Of a stretch of DNA of 58,257 bases, positions 19,765 through 34,700 are shown in pieces. Location: the IMG/VR virus record IMGVR_UViG_3300027971_002004, positions 1 through 58,257 of that record; one strand, written 5' to 3'. The notes beneath the pieces are model-generated. The model was not told the origin of the DNA. It worked only from the letters and a program-made list of their open reading frames with translations, and ran no database searches. Position 1 is the stretch's first letter, and each line of letters opens with the position of its first letter. A program made the translations under genes and the position numbers. The DNA is from a virus (lineage: Duplodnaviria > Caudoviricetes).

Positions 19765-22700
19765 TCAGGGAACATCCGCATTTAAGAAATTAGCAGGATA
19801 TGTTGTGCTAATCTGTAACGGATCACCGTCTACTAGATTATAGTTGAACGAATTCCAACTAAATCCGTTATAAAGTTCCGGTAACATATTAGATGGTAAC
19901 ACACCATAAACTGTCGTATATTTAGGAATATATGTTTGTTTTCCAGTACCATTGGCGCCTCGTTGTAACCCGGATAAAGTATTTTCATCAAAATTCACGG
20001 TTGTATAACGTATTTGTTCTCCGTTGATATAAATTAAATTACCCAATATTACAGTAATCGTTAAATCATCTCCGGGAGCAATTGCAGGAGTACTAGGATT
20101 TATGTCTATTAACAATACAGGGGCTACATTCTCTACTACGATAGTATAATCCGCAGGATCAATTGTTAAACTTGTAGTATTGTTATATACAATAACTTGT
20201 GAAATTGCACTCTTATCTCCATTAAGTCCAATACTCATTGTATCGTCAACTGATACCGCAGGGGCAGTCACTTCTTGTATAATAGATTCTGTAACTCTGG
20301 ATACATCTTCTACATAAATGACATCATCTACATCTTGCAATCCATATGTTAACCAAGTTCTAGTTAATGTATTAGAACGGAATATTGATTGTTGATTAGA
20401 CTTATTAACATTTTCAATATACACGGTTTCATTAGGGGTAGCAGTTGGTATCATATTTGTAATAATTACAACATCGCCCGGTTGTATAACAGTCAATATG
20501 CTCAAATTGTTTTGTGAATTCAAATATAATCCACTAGATGGGATACGGTAACCGTTAACTGTTACCCACAATCTGTCAACATTGGTTTGTTCCCATTGTG
20601 TTACATTCATTGAACCGGTGGCAGTTGTTAATTGATATATTTCCCCATCACGTACCGCAGTTACACTAAATTCATATGCACTGGTTATTTCATTTACGTA
20701 ATATATAGCTGTTGCAATGCCAGTACCAGACCCAACACCTGTAGCTACAAATGTAGTTCCAGAATCATTATTTAATGAACCAATATTAGTCCAAGTTGTA
20801 GTTCCGGTTTCAGTAATTTGATATGTGTTACCGATAATAAAACTTCCCGCTGTCACCAATGATTGAATTCCACCAAACGCTGTTCCTGTAAATACTAACG
20901 GCGTGCCTGGTATTAACTGACTAGTACTTGCCACTGTTATACCATTAGTAGATACATTTGTAGAATATACATTTGTTGTTTCCAATGTGAATAATCTATC
21001 TAACCAAACATATCCGTTTCCATAATATGAAGATACTTGGGTTACTGGACTATTAACGTAAGATAATGTAGGGTTATATGATGTATAATATAAACCAATT
21101 TGTGTTGGATTAATTACTTTTGCATAGTATGTATTATTGTTTAATTCAGTTGAACCTAATACAGAATCAATCCTTACTAAATCATCCTCAGATAAATTAT
21201 GAGGGATGCCTGTAGTTACTACAATAGACTCATTTCCACCAACATATGCAACCATAGAACCTGATGCAGTAGTCACCGTTATTGGGCTTCCCGGAACATT
21301 TGTTGCTAAATTAATAGTGTCGGATACTTCAAAATCAACTCCATTAGGGTCAACATAACTTATATAATATACTTTTCCATTTGCTAATACATTACCAAAT
21401 CCAGTAGCCGTTGAATCTTTAAACATTATAGACTGACCAATTATAAATCCAGTAGTAAGTCCACCTGTGATAGTATGAGGTGCAGTTGTATTTGATATAT
21501 TTGTACTTGCTATTGTATTGACAATTGTATTATTAATGCTAACAATATTTGCAACTGTTGGTGGATTAGTAATACCAATCATTGAACCAGAGTCAGTTGT
21601 TAATATAATTGATTCTCCTCCAGGATTTTCTGAAATAGTAAAATCTGTTGAATTTATAATTTGAAGAACATAATATATTTGATTAGCTATAATGCCACCT
21701 AATGTAGGTGAATTAAAACGTATAGCATCATTAACAGTCAGGCTTGAAGTATCGCCCAGACTTAATGTTAGATAATTTAAATTCATATCATAAGGTACAA
21801 CACTTGGAGTATTTTGATCGTAAGTTTGTGCTGTCGGGACGTTTTGATCGTATGATCCTACATTATGAGTAGTATTTCCAATAGTCAAAATAGTTGTTGA
21901 TGAACCACCAAATGTTCCACCATAGGTTGTATTTAAATATTGTCTATCAGTTAAATTATATGTGGTAACTGAAATAATACTTCCTACACTAGGAGTAAAT
22001 GATAAATTAAGTGTGCCTGTTGCTGAATTAATTGTATAATCCGCATTATTTGTTAATCTCAAACCATTGTATTCAACAATTGCATTATCCGCATTATCCT
22101 GTCCTACAAAATTTCTTAATACAAATTCTGTTGTAGTATTTGTTAATGTAAATATCTGTGTTTCTGGTACAGTATATCCATATTGTATTGGGGCTGTTTC
22201 ACCAAATATAGAAAGTACAACAAAATCATCATTTTGATTATATTGACTAGAGAATACTAATTTTGCAGTTATGCCTTGATCGGCAAGTGTAATTGCATAA
22301 TCATTTGTTACACACAAAGCAATACCGGTAGCATCATTCAATACTACATCAGAACCACCTAACGTTGTAGATACGGTAAATTCATTACCAATGATAGACG
22401 TTATATAATATGTTGTTTGTGCCATTAATCCACATTCTGCAAAAGATCCAATTTCAATTGCATTACTGAATATAATTGTATCACCTACTTCATAATGATC
22501 TGTTGAGTTAACAATAATAGTATTGGTTCCGCTCATAGTTTCAGATATTATCCCCTGTTCACCTAATACAAGATTTGTACCATTGTGTATTATAATAGGA
22601 TCTGTCCAAACTAATCCATTGGTTGATTGAATATTAACTAACATTGAACCGGTACCCGATGTAACATCAAATGTAGGCCCTGCTATTCCACTTACACTGG

Positions 22701-25700
22701 TAGTAGATACCGTTATCTTGTTAGTAATATGACTTAATGTTTTTACGTAATATGTTGTATTAGTAGTTATACCACCAAATACAGCACCTTCAAATGTAAT
22801 AGGTGAGTTGACCAAAAAGTAATCAACATTGTCACATACAATACCATTATCTAATGCATCCGTCTCAATTGCAGTAACTTCTTTAGGATCAGTTGTTGGT
22901 CTTATTACACCTGAACCATTGAATCTACTAGCAGAATAATTACAATTCAATGGCATTTCAACAAAACCAGTAATAATGTTATCAACAAAAGGTATAACTT
23001 GCGAATTTGATTTTACTAATTGATCTCCATTACCCACTTCATATAAGTCTAATCTTAACCCACGTGTTGATGCTAATGGAGCAGACAAAGTGATTATTTT
23101 GTTAACCCAATCAACCGTAAAATTATATATTCTAGTACTTAAATTATTAGAGTAATCAATATCAAACAATGACATATTAGCAGGATTTTCTACAATCCTA
23201 TTGAATGAAAATTCTGTTTGATTTGTATTTGGCATTATTTCTGTAGAGACAACATTAAATCCAACATGACCATATATGGATGCATCCCAATCAGTACCCG
23301 GTCTAGTAGTAACAATCATTGACAAGTTATCAGATATTAATCCTGGTACTAATTCTTCGGGCCCGTATCCTGATAAGAACGGGTCTCCCTGAACATTATA
23401 TATTGTATCTGCAATCAAATTAAAAGATTTATCTTGTAACTCAGTATCTAATGTGTATTGATCTTCAGGGGCAAAAGCATTACCTAAATATGTTCCATTA
23501 GGATAAATAATACCACTAACTAATTGAGTTAAATCTAAGCCTGGCATGTTAACATTAGGTTGATAATATCCTACTATACGATCTAATTCGTTAAGCTTTC
23601 TATCACCACTATCCATCAATTCCCATTTACCCAATATGAATTCGTTATCGTTGTTACTAATAATACATTGCCATACTGCATTATTATATTTTACAATACT
23701 CTGATTGAAGTAGAATGGCTCTGGTAAGAATACATAATCTCCCAATGAGTATTCTGTTCCTAGTGTTATACCATTTACCGGCACTGTCATTAATGCATCA
23801 GAGTATACTTCACATTCTATTGCAGTAATAACTTTTAAGTAATATTGATTTACGTCACCACCGGAAGTGCCTGATCCAATTACGCCTGTAATAGTTCCAT
23901 TTGACACGAACGGTGTGGAAGTTATTACATCAACATTGCTAACAGTTAGTACTAAGTCATTTAATGGACTTAATCCAGATACCCCGTTAAATGTTAATGC
24001 AGTACCCGGTATAGTGATTACATTATCAAACGTATAGCCAGCACCTGGATTTATTATATCAATAATATAACCACCTAATTTAGTGCCAACATTGAATGTA
24101 GGAACTAATGTTGGGTTTTGTATAAATATAGTTTCTTTAATTTGAGTTGTAAGTGTTACCTCACTACCACCTAAACTTGCACTTAATGTGACATATGGAT
24201 TATCAGCAGTTAATGTCATTGATCCATTGAATGTGGTCAATATAAATTGAGCAGACGCTCTACCAGTACCATCAGAAATTGTACCATCTCTAGATGCAAC
24301 AAATGATAAGCCTTTTGTATTAGATGAAGCACCTAATGTCGTAAAATCAGTAGTGCCCAACGAATAGATAGTGTATGTTTTTCCTGATTCAATTTCAGTA
24401 GCTAATACTCCACCTAATTTATCTGTAATTGTAAATTGATCTCCTCCAGTAACATAACTATTAATATAATATGTTACTAATGCTACTGTGTTACCATAGA
24501 CTAATCCAGAGAATGATATTGGCATGTCAACATAGAAGCCAATAGTAGTTTCTCCGGTTGATAAAGTGAATGTATTAGTTGATGAAGATGAACTAGCAAC
24601 TTCAACGGACAATGTTCCATTAGACAATACATAATAAAGAGTAGATGTAGATAGACCACCTATAGAAGAAGTTACCTTAAAGGGTAAATTATTATATATA
24701 TTTGTTATGCCGCCACTTAAGTAGCTCACATACAAATAATTACCATTGTCAGTGGTTGCAACTATATCTCTAGTTAATAATGTAGTGTTGGTACCTGATA
24801 CTGCAACTCCTACACTATCGATAGTAGGATAAAATGTAAATTGTTGTCCATTAACTTGTCCGGGGCTTACCGGTAAACCAACATTCATTGTCATTGAACC
24901 AGTTGCATTAGTTAACGGTAATGCAGTTGTTTGACTTGTCAATGTGCAAGATCCTGACGCAGTAGTCAACGGGACTGCACCACCGTTTAATACATCAGCA
25001 ATAGTAATATGTGTTCCGTCTACTATACTTCTAATATAATAAACTTGGCCGGCAATGATTCCACCAAATATAGTACCAGTAAAGATGATAGGATTATTAA
25101 CTGCGAGTTCTAATGTTGAACTTACGGTTACTTTGTCTCCTAAATCTACGGTTCCAGTAACATTCAATATTAAAGGATCGTTATCTGTTGATATAGTAAA
25201 TGTCTCACTATCAATAACGGTAGTAATGTAATATGTTTCATTTTCTACTATTCCACCAAATACGCTACCAACAAAATACACCGGTAAGCCAACGTAGAAC
25301 CCAGCAGTACCACCTGTACCAGTTGGTAATAACGGAACTGTTATAAAGTTAGATGTAGTTTCTGTTGTAGTTACATTTAATATGCCTGGATATGCAATAG
25401 TAACAATAGCAGTATTGGTGACTTCACCTGCATAGCATGACATTCCGGCTGCAGTAACATTATAGTTAGTTAGTATTAATACTGAACCGCCGGCAGTTGT
25501 AGAAATTGAAAAATCACTTTCATTAATTATTTCTGCTACATAATATATTGTTTCATTAACAATAACCGGACCAACAGCACCTGTAAACTTAATTGGCATG
25601 CCTACATAGAAACCAATAGTAGACCCCGAAGCATTTGGTTCTGTACTTGAATAAGTTAATCTTACTAAATTGATTGAACCAGAATGTATTGTCTCACTTA

Positions 25701-28700
25701 CCGAACGGACAAGGGATGACCATACTAATAATTGGTCATTAGTTACGTCTTGAATTTCAAATGTTGCTCCTTGTGCGCTAGCCAATATGGTATCAACCGG
25801 AGGTTGTGTGGATTCTAATGTAATACTAGAACTAGCAATACGTGTGCTGTTATTAAATAATCCAGCATAGAAACTTCCATAGAAATTATTAGGAGCCCAT
25901 TCAGTAACTCTAGATGTGTATGTTGTTCTATCAAACTTTAATTTAATATTGTTTTCTCTAACAGGTGCAGACGTAGAGACACAACTAGCTCTTGCACTAA
26001 CTGCAATTTTGTTATTATCTCCAGATCCTGTATTTGTAAATAATACTCGGTCATGATCTTGTAATGCATCGGCATATGTTGTATACAATGCAACCACATA
26101 AAATGGATTAGATTCCAATACTGCCAAATAATAATATTGACCCTCATCTAATCCACCTATAGGAGTTGTATCCGTTCCTACATAATATTTTACTAAATCA
26201 CCTGTTTGAACAAATTGTGTTTGTAAAGTAATTGTTCTAGTAGATACATCAACTACCGTACTAGGGAAGGTAACAATTTCACTTGGGTCAATTATTATTT
26301 CAGGTAATACTTGATATCCGTCACCCGGATCTATCACATCAATTCGTAGAATCGTATCCAGATTCATCACGGGCTCTAATATGGCTGCACGTCTTGGTGC
26401 TGGATATATAGTAGTATCTATATATGCTATAACTTTTGGAGGTTCAGCATATCCTCTACCACCGTTCAATAATAATATTGGAGGCAAGTCAATTATAATT
26501 TGTTCACCGGGAATATGATTTGTTATTGGTGTATTGTTAACTCCTCTAGTTAATCCACTCAGTGTGCTATATGCTCTATCAACACTACTGTATGCAATTT
26601 GTTCAGTACCAATTAATACAACACCAGTAGTTGGGAAACCATATACATTATCAACTACCATTGCACTACTATTCAATGTCAAATAAGATGATAGAATAGT
26701 TATAGGATAGCCAGTTATTCCGGTTATACTTAACCCTTGATTATTAAACCAATTAACATATGGTTTAGTTTGCCAGATAGGGTCAGACGGTAAGTATTGG
26801 TTAATATTACTTGGGTTAGAATAGACTAGCTCAGGTGTAATATACTGTTCATATTGAGTACTATATTCAGCTGGTAAATCAAAATCAGTTATATTTCCTA
26901 AATAATTATCTGATCCTGTATACTTAAATAAGAAGTCTTTAATAACAACGTGGTATGGTTTAACTTCATTTAAATACCCAGACAAAAATTCTTGATTATC
27001 ACTCTGGTATACTTCTAGTGGTAGCAATTCACGAATAGTATGTCCCACATCAATAAATGATGTTTTATTCAACCATGGTAAATAATTTTGACTTTCAATC
27101 GATTCACTAACAATATATTCAAATAATAAAATCAATGCTTCATTTCTGTATAATAGTAAACTACTAGGCAATTCTTCATTTAATGCACGAATAATATAGC
27201 GTGTTTCTTCACTGGGAAATGTATCATATGGTGTGGTGTCAAAGAAATTGTCTCCAAATCCTAAACGGGCTTCAGCATAATCCCACAATGAACTCTTAAA
27301 TTGTATTGTACCATTTTGTAAACCAATACGATTCCAAATTATACCATCATATACGTAAGTTTCTTGTAATCCATCACCATTTTTATTAACGGTAACAATT
27401 AATCCTAGTTGTGCATTAATTGTAGCTAAATCATAATATGATTCTACTAGTAATGAGGATTTAGTATTATTATCATATCCAGGTGCCCACCAATTAATTA
27501 CTTCCCAATAATCTTGTGTGTTATAGAAAAATAACGGTTGTCCCGACCAATTTGGATTACCTACTGTAGATGGATTTATCTCCCCTTTAGTAAATAAGAA
27601 TTTTAAACTACTAGTCTCTGTTAATGGGTATTGAGACAATACCTCATTATAGAATGTTAAATAATTTTCTAATGCTTTAAATCTATTATAAAAGAAACTT
27701 TGACGTGGACGAACTAATATGCCACTCTGTACTGGTTTTGGTAATTGTGGATCTGGAACAACTCCGCCTGTTTGATCTACACCACTCAAACTCTCTAACA
27801 TTTTATTATACAATGATTCGGGTACTAATGTGTCCCCTATTCCGGGTAATCCAGGTAAAAAATCATCTGCATATTGTGAGCGAATTAAACTATAAACACT
27901 ATGTGAAACATCATCATTAGTCCCGGTGGCAAAGCCTATATGCAAAGCGGTATCATTTGCATTTATGTCAGAGGTACAATTATATAACCCAAATACATTT
28001 GGCTGTATAGGTGCCATATATGATATGCCAGTCGCTAATGGTGTAGAAATATATGATTCACAAATGGTATCTGATAGTGTTTTACCCATTTTACTGAATA
28101 CAATATTTGTATTTCTCACCCAATAATAATATACAGGTACAATTGAACCAGTACTATTCAACTTATATTGAATTACATAATTGTCAAAATCATTTGGTGT
28201 TCCGGGGCCTTGATAAGCAATAGGTAAAACATCACTTGTAACCCAACTATATACCTTTACATCACTACCCGGGAACACGCGGCCCCACCACACGCTGTTA
28301 TACACAACATCATCACTCTGGTGATAATTTACAAATTTTGTTGTAGTTGTGTCGAACCATAACTTTCCTAATTCTCCTGATCCCCATACAGCAGATCCTT
28401 TATTAGTTGCGTCGGGGCTATTGTAATTAGCAGGGTCAGCATTAGATATTACATCTAAATTCTGACGTACTGCACCCAATATTTTTCCCTGTAATGGATC
28501 AATATAATCTAAATTATCTAACGTATTGTTAGTTGATACGCTATATAATTGAGCATTTTGTATTGCATCTATATTAACAATAGGTGCAGAATTACGATAC
28601 ATTGACCAATCTGGTGTACCGGTGGCATTATTATATATCACAACTTGACCGTTGTTATAACCTGGTCTAAAATTAGGAGTACCAATCATAGCATACTCGT

Positions 28701-31700
28701 TAGTAAACTCTAATGCAGTTCCATAATATGGTTGACCACCGTAATCAACATTTAATGCGTTAACACTTTGTGCATACACATAAGCGCCGGGATTACTTGC
28801 AGTTTCATTGTATACTGGCAAATAATCATACATATATACTGCACCTGCATTAACAAATGAATCTAAAAACTGTGTTGTGTTGTTGTCAAATAATGTATCA
28901 TTATCATAATTTTCATCATCAGATGCATCAAAAGTAGTCTCCGCATATCTAGAAGAAACAGGTGCTCCTACTATAAATGATCCTGCTGAATTAAATTTAA
29001 TCGTATGGCCAAATTCAGTTCTACCTTGACTATGCGGGTCATTAATTAATTGTGTTTGTGTATATATTTTTATACCTAATTGATTTAATATTTCTTTGTC
29101 TAATACTGATACAGTCAATTTAGCATTGATATATGCTAAATCTATACTAATAACTTGAATAGTTAAAATATTATCAATTGATGCTGAAGCGGTAACATTA
29201 GTAATATTAGCAGAAGCAATTGCACTAGCTACTAATGTTGCATCTCCTGCAGGTATGATTACTGAATAACCATTAATTAAAATAGTTACTTCTGCTGTTA
29301 CATCACATGGTGTATAACCTGTAATTATACCATAACTACCGCCGCCATATGTATAACGATATACTGCACCTTCTTGATTTTTATTGTTTATTTCGAAAGG
29401 AGCACCGATTAATATTTCATTTGCATAAGTATCTACATCTAAACTATATCCAAAGTTTGTTCCAACTTCTGGATTAGAATCCAATGATGTGAACTCTTGT
29501 GTTAATACAAACTCTGAACCACTAACATTTATGATATCACCTGCAGTTAATGAACCATATATGTTTATACTTGAGTTTGATACACCATATGAATTGTCAT
29601 CAATCAATGTTCCATTAACGCTAACAAATATAGGCTCATATTGTGCAATTAATGTCATGGTGCCAGCTGTATCTAATAATACTACTGTTGCACCACCTCT
29701 AGTTAATGACAACGTTACGGTTGACCCTACTATGGTTTTAATATAATAAACTTGATTTAATGATACTTCACCGTATACAATTCCTGTAAATATTACTGGC
29801 ATAGCAATTGATAAAGAAGTAACATTATCTAATGTAATAGCGTTGCTTAAAATACTTGATGCTGTTTTTGTCAGTGTGGTTGGTTGAAATATCAAACTAA
29901 ACGTTTGTGGAATATAAGGCAGACTAGTGTAAGGCGCTTCAAATGTTTGCACTATTCTTTCAAAAGAATATGCATATCCTAAATCATCGACCCCACTATC
30001 TTGATAAGGTGCACTTACAACAATATTATTTCCATAATAATTAGTAGCAATAGAATATCCAAAATTGTCACCGCCCGTTGATACAGTACCAGTACCTGAT
30101 TGTGTTGATGCATTACAAGTAAATTTTGTTCTTATTGTATTAGATGGCGCTCCTAATGCTATAAAATCAGTAGTTCCTATAGATTCTATAATGTACGTTC
30201 CACCTACATTCAAATTACCAACATTACTAATGGCAGGAGTATTGACAATATTTGAATATTCATATTGTCCAGTAAGTTGAGACTTACGATAAACATAAAC
30301 TAAATTTTGGTCAGATGCAGAAATATACAACCAATTTTGATCTCCTGATAGTGCAACAGATGAGCCCCAATCAAGTACAGAATTATTGTTAGGTGATTCT
30401 ATGACTTGATATTCTTGTAATTCATTTACTAATGTTGTAATAACCAATTCATAGATATATACTTTTCTATCAGAATAAGATGCACCGGTTGGCTGTGATA
30501 TTACAAATAAATTATCTGAATAAGAAATACTTGAGCCAAATGAAGTATCATTGGTTATTGTTTGAACAATACTATATGAATCAAATACCGGGCTATATGA
30601 ATACCGGTATGCGGCTCCAACTCCAGCATCAGTAACTAAGTATCCTAAATTAGGGGTGAGTGCTACCGCACTACCATATGTTATTGATCCAGTTTTAAAT
30701 AACTCATCATCATACAAATAGTTTAAACTTTTACGATATACTGCCCAAGAGCCGTCGTCATTTTCATCTACCCATACTTTATTTTTTACAAATTCACTAT
30801 CAAGTAAAGGCAATGTATTAATATCTTTAGGCGTCGCAACACGTTGTGATGAGAATTTAAAAGCTACCCCTTGTCCTAATATTGTAGTAGTTGAAGGAGA
30901 TATACTTAATAATATTGTTACTCTAAAATTATCAACAACCGATGAAACGATTCTATAACCATTAATATTACTGTTAAAATTAATAATAGCAAATGGTTGA
31001 TACTTGATTAAATTATGAGGAGTTGCAAACTGTATTGTTACAGTACCATTCATATTATTATTAGCGCCTATTACTTGACCAATACTAGACGGAGTATATA
31101 CTTGCCATGTGCTACTGTAATCTGCTAACCATACGTATTCATTTACATATAAGTTAGAAAGTGGTGTAACAGCAGTATTCAATCCATTGTAATAATAGGA
31201 TGATATCTTTACATCATTGAAATTAACATATCCTGCATCCGGGAATACTTTGTTTGGAGTATTAGTTGGTAATGTAGGTAATACATTAGGATTATTTATA
31301 GGTCTACCATAATTAAATATATTATATATAGGAACTTCTTGTTGTACTCCATTAGTATATACACCATTAGTTAAACCAACAATACTAGGATTGCTCGTTA
31401 ATAAATTTTGATTTAACCGAAAATCTACAAAGTTATTGTTTAAAACTCCACCAAACTCACCAGTCTTAATAGCCCAATTATCATATATATCATAATTAAT
31501 TCCACCCTGTGGTAATGATAATCCTTTAAAATTGTTTGCCGCAATTCTTGTACCTTTTTCTTTAATCAGATTTTTATAAACATTAACTTGTGTTATATCT
31601 GTTAAGTCTGCAAGTGCAAGATAATCACGTGGTCGATATCCAATCAATGACCAACTTAGTAAATCACTATCTTGGTCTAAATTGCTTTTATTTGTGTCAT

Positions 31701-34700
31701 AATATAAAGTACTCTCATATGAACGTGTGGAACTATTTGGTAAAAGACCTTTTTGAATTTCATTATAATCTGTTACTTTCCAATCTTGTTCTTCAAACAC
31801 TTCTTTTGCATTTAATACTTTTAATGCAAACCAATATCTGTTTTTATACTTAACAATACTGCCACGAGTATATTTTGAATTAGTATTCCATTCTTCTATA
31901 TTATCTTGATTTAAGATGAAGCCTTGTGCATCAACTGTACCATTCCATTCAGCAGATTTTGTGCCCCTAGTTAAAATACGATTTTGTCTTAATCCAGTAG
32001 TCAAATTATATAAAACATCGTTGAATACTGTTACATTATCAAAAACAACACCATGCTCAAAATTGCTAATATTAAATTGACCGTATGCAACAGTATCACC
32101 TTCATTTAATGGTCTAGCACTAAAGAATGTACTATCACGATTTATAGACAAATCTACACTTTGTATTGGGTAAAAGTTTTGATTCAATATAAAGTTTTGT
32201 TTTTGTAAAGTCAATGGTTGTACCACATGACTATCTTTATTAATTGTAATCAAATTAGCGGCTGGATTTAAGTTAACTAAACTACCTATCTCCCAACCAG
32301 ATTGTGACCAATATAATAATTCAGTAATCATTTGACGCCAGTTAACATCTATACCAGATTCAATCTGGTCAAATAATACACCCTGAGTTAATAAGAATTG
32401 ACCATAACTAGCAACAAATTGACATAACGATTGTATGTCAACAAATTCAGTACCATATGGAATTATATTAGTTTTTGTTTCAGTATAATCATTTGCAATC
32501 TGTACTGAAACATCTCCTACAGTAATTTTGTTATAATTACCATTAATTTTAGGTGTTACCGTTGTAAAATATGCTGTATCCTGTGAGTTGCCAAAGACTT
32601 TCCAACCGGCGCTTGTGCTTTGTATAATAACTCCACTGTACACAATAGTAGTTGTGGGTATGTTATCATACAATATCATACTATAGCTTTCGTCAGGAAT
32701 TAATAATGACGCATTTCTACTATTTGGTGTTCCTTTTTCTACATAGAAGCCAAGTAAACTTTTATCACTGAATCCGGCGAGTCTATAAATTAATCTTACA
32801 TCTAGATTATCAAACAAATCAGTAATATTCTGTGTTGCATCAACCCCCATTTGTTTTTCGTAATCGACTATCCAATTCACATAACTTGTCTTAGCGGTGC
32901 CATTACCATATATGGCAACATCGCTAATAATTAAATGACTACGATTATTAACTAGATACTGTTTAAACTCAGTACTATATTTGTAGTTGTCTACGTCAAA
33001 CCCTAAATTAAAGAATTGAGCAGGTTTAGTAAGGGCAAGAATCTTCATTAAATCAAAAGGCCAGCTACTACTTCTACGATAGCTAAATTCTGCAGGGCCA
33101 ACATCACCAACTACCCAATCATTGCGGAAAGTTCGTTGACTATAATTACCCATGACAGCATCAAAAGGAGATAACAAATTGCCAGCAGTATCTACTGGTA
33201 TGACTTGTAACAATTCTTCTCTAATAAATTCAGGTAACACAATTGGATCACCGTTATTCCAATTAATGCCCGCTGCCATATCTCCCCATAATATTAAGTT
33301 ATCGCTTGTATAAGGAGCAGGGCCGTATCTAGTAGTCCACCAACTTGGTTCATCAGTGAAGCCAATCATTTCCCATGGACTTATATTTGGTGTGCTAGTA
33401 TCATAGAAATATTCATATATACCTCTCCAAAATCCTTGTTCAAACGCTTGACCATTAATCTTATTACCTGATTGATTATAGTTGTAACTATACTGGTCAG
33501 TTGACTGATAGAATTGCTTCTTATATTCAATACGATTTTGACCAACCCAGTTTAAGAAATATTGGCTATATATCTGCAATACTTCATCATATGAATAATC
33601 AGTAGTTCTAAAGAATCCCGGTATAACATCATATTTGCTTATCGGAATTAAATCTGACAATTTTAAGTTATTATAAACCCTAGTCTCAAATTCTAATAGT
33701 GCTTGATCTCTAAAATCAACTAAATATCCATCAATATAATCACCATATAACTTAGTATAAGAACCATCATGCCCTAATATAAAATATGTTGGTTGTGAAT
33801 AATCAGAATCCAATACAACACTCGGTATAAATGAAGGGTATAAACCCAATTTAGTTGGTGTGTTTGGAACAAAACTGCCAAATGTTTGATTATATTCTTT
33901 AATAGTCACGATATCACCGGGTAACAAATCTTTTGTAATAGTAAGTGACGGACTATCTATGCTGACCGTATAATCTTGAGCTATAACTAATTGCACAGTT
34001 GAAGTGACATTATTAATCGTTGTCGTCAAATAAACTAATACACCATAATAATTAGCAGTATCAAAATTATATATACGTGTTAATGGGTATATACTTACAT
34101 CTAAAGAATTAGCAAAGGTGTATGTATTTGTAGTATATGCCGATTTACTTGGCAACATATCACTCCAGAAAAAAGGTTCTGAATTTGTTTTATTTGCAGT
34201 AATTTGATCTAGTGCATCATCTAATATGAACGACGGTGTTTGTCTTATAGTATATTCTGTTTTATCTATTGTATAAACTAATAGTGATTTGAAATTTATA
34301 TATTGTTGACTATTATATTGTAATGAGTTAAACAAATTATAATTTGGTGATCTTAATAGTGACCCCGATAATGCCAATGAAGCACTGTTCTGAATAATTT
34401 TAGTACCCCATGGCACAAGATTTCCTAAATCTCTATAATTATTTGAACCAAAAATGACACCGGTTGTGTTTGGATTATTATAGAAAATACTTTGATACTG
34501 CCCACGTATATCACCTACATTTACTACAGTCACATCATCATTGAATGGATTATTTTGCAAGTTGATAGGTATTTGATAATATGCAGTAGGACTTACTTGG
34601 TCACTTAATAATGTAATCTCAACTACGGTATCAATTAATGGATTAGGTACGGTAAAATTTACTATCGTAGAATTTTCTGTAATAGTAAAAGTGTATGTTG

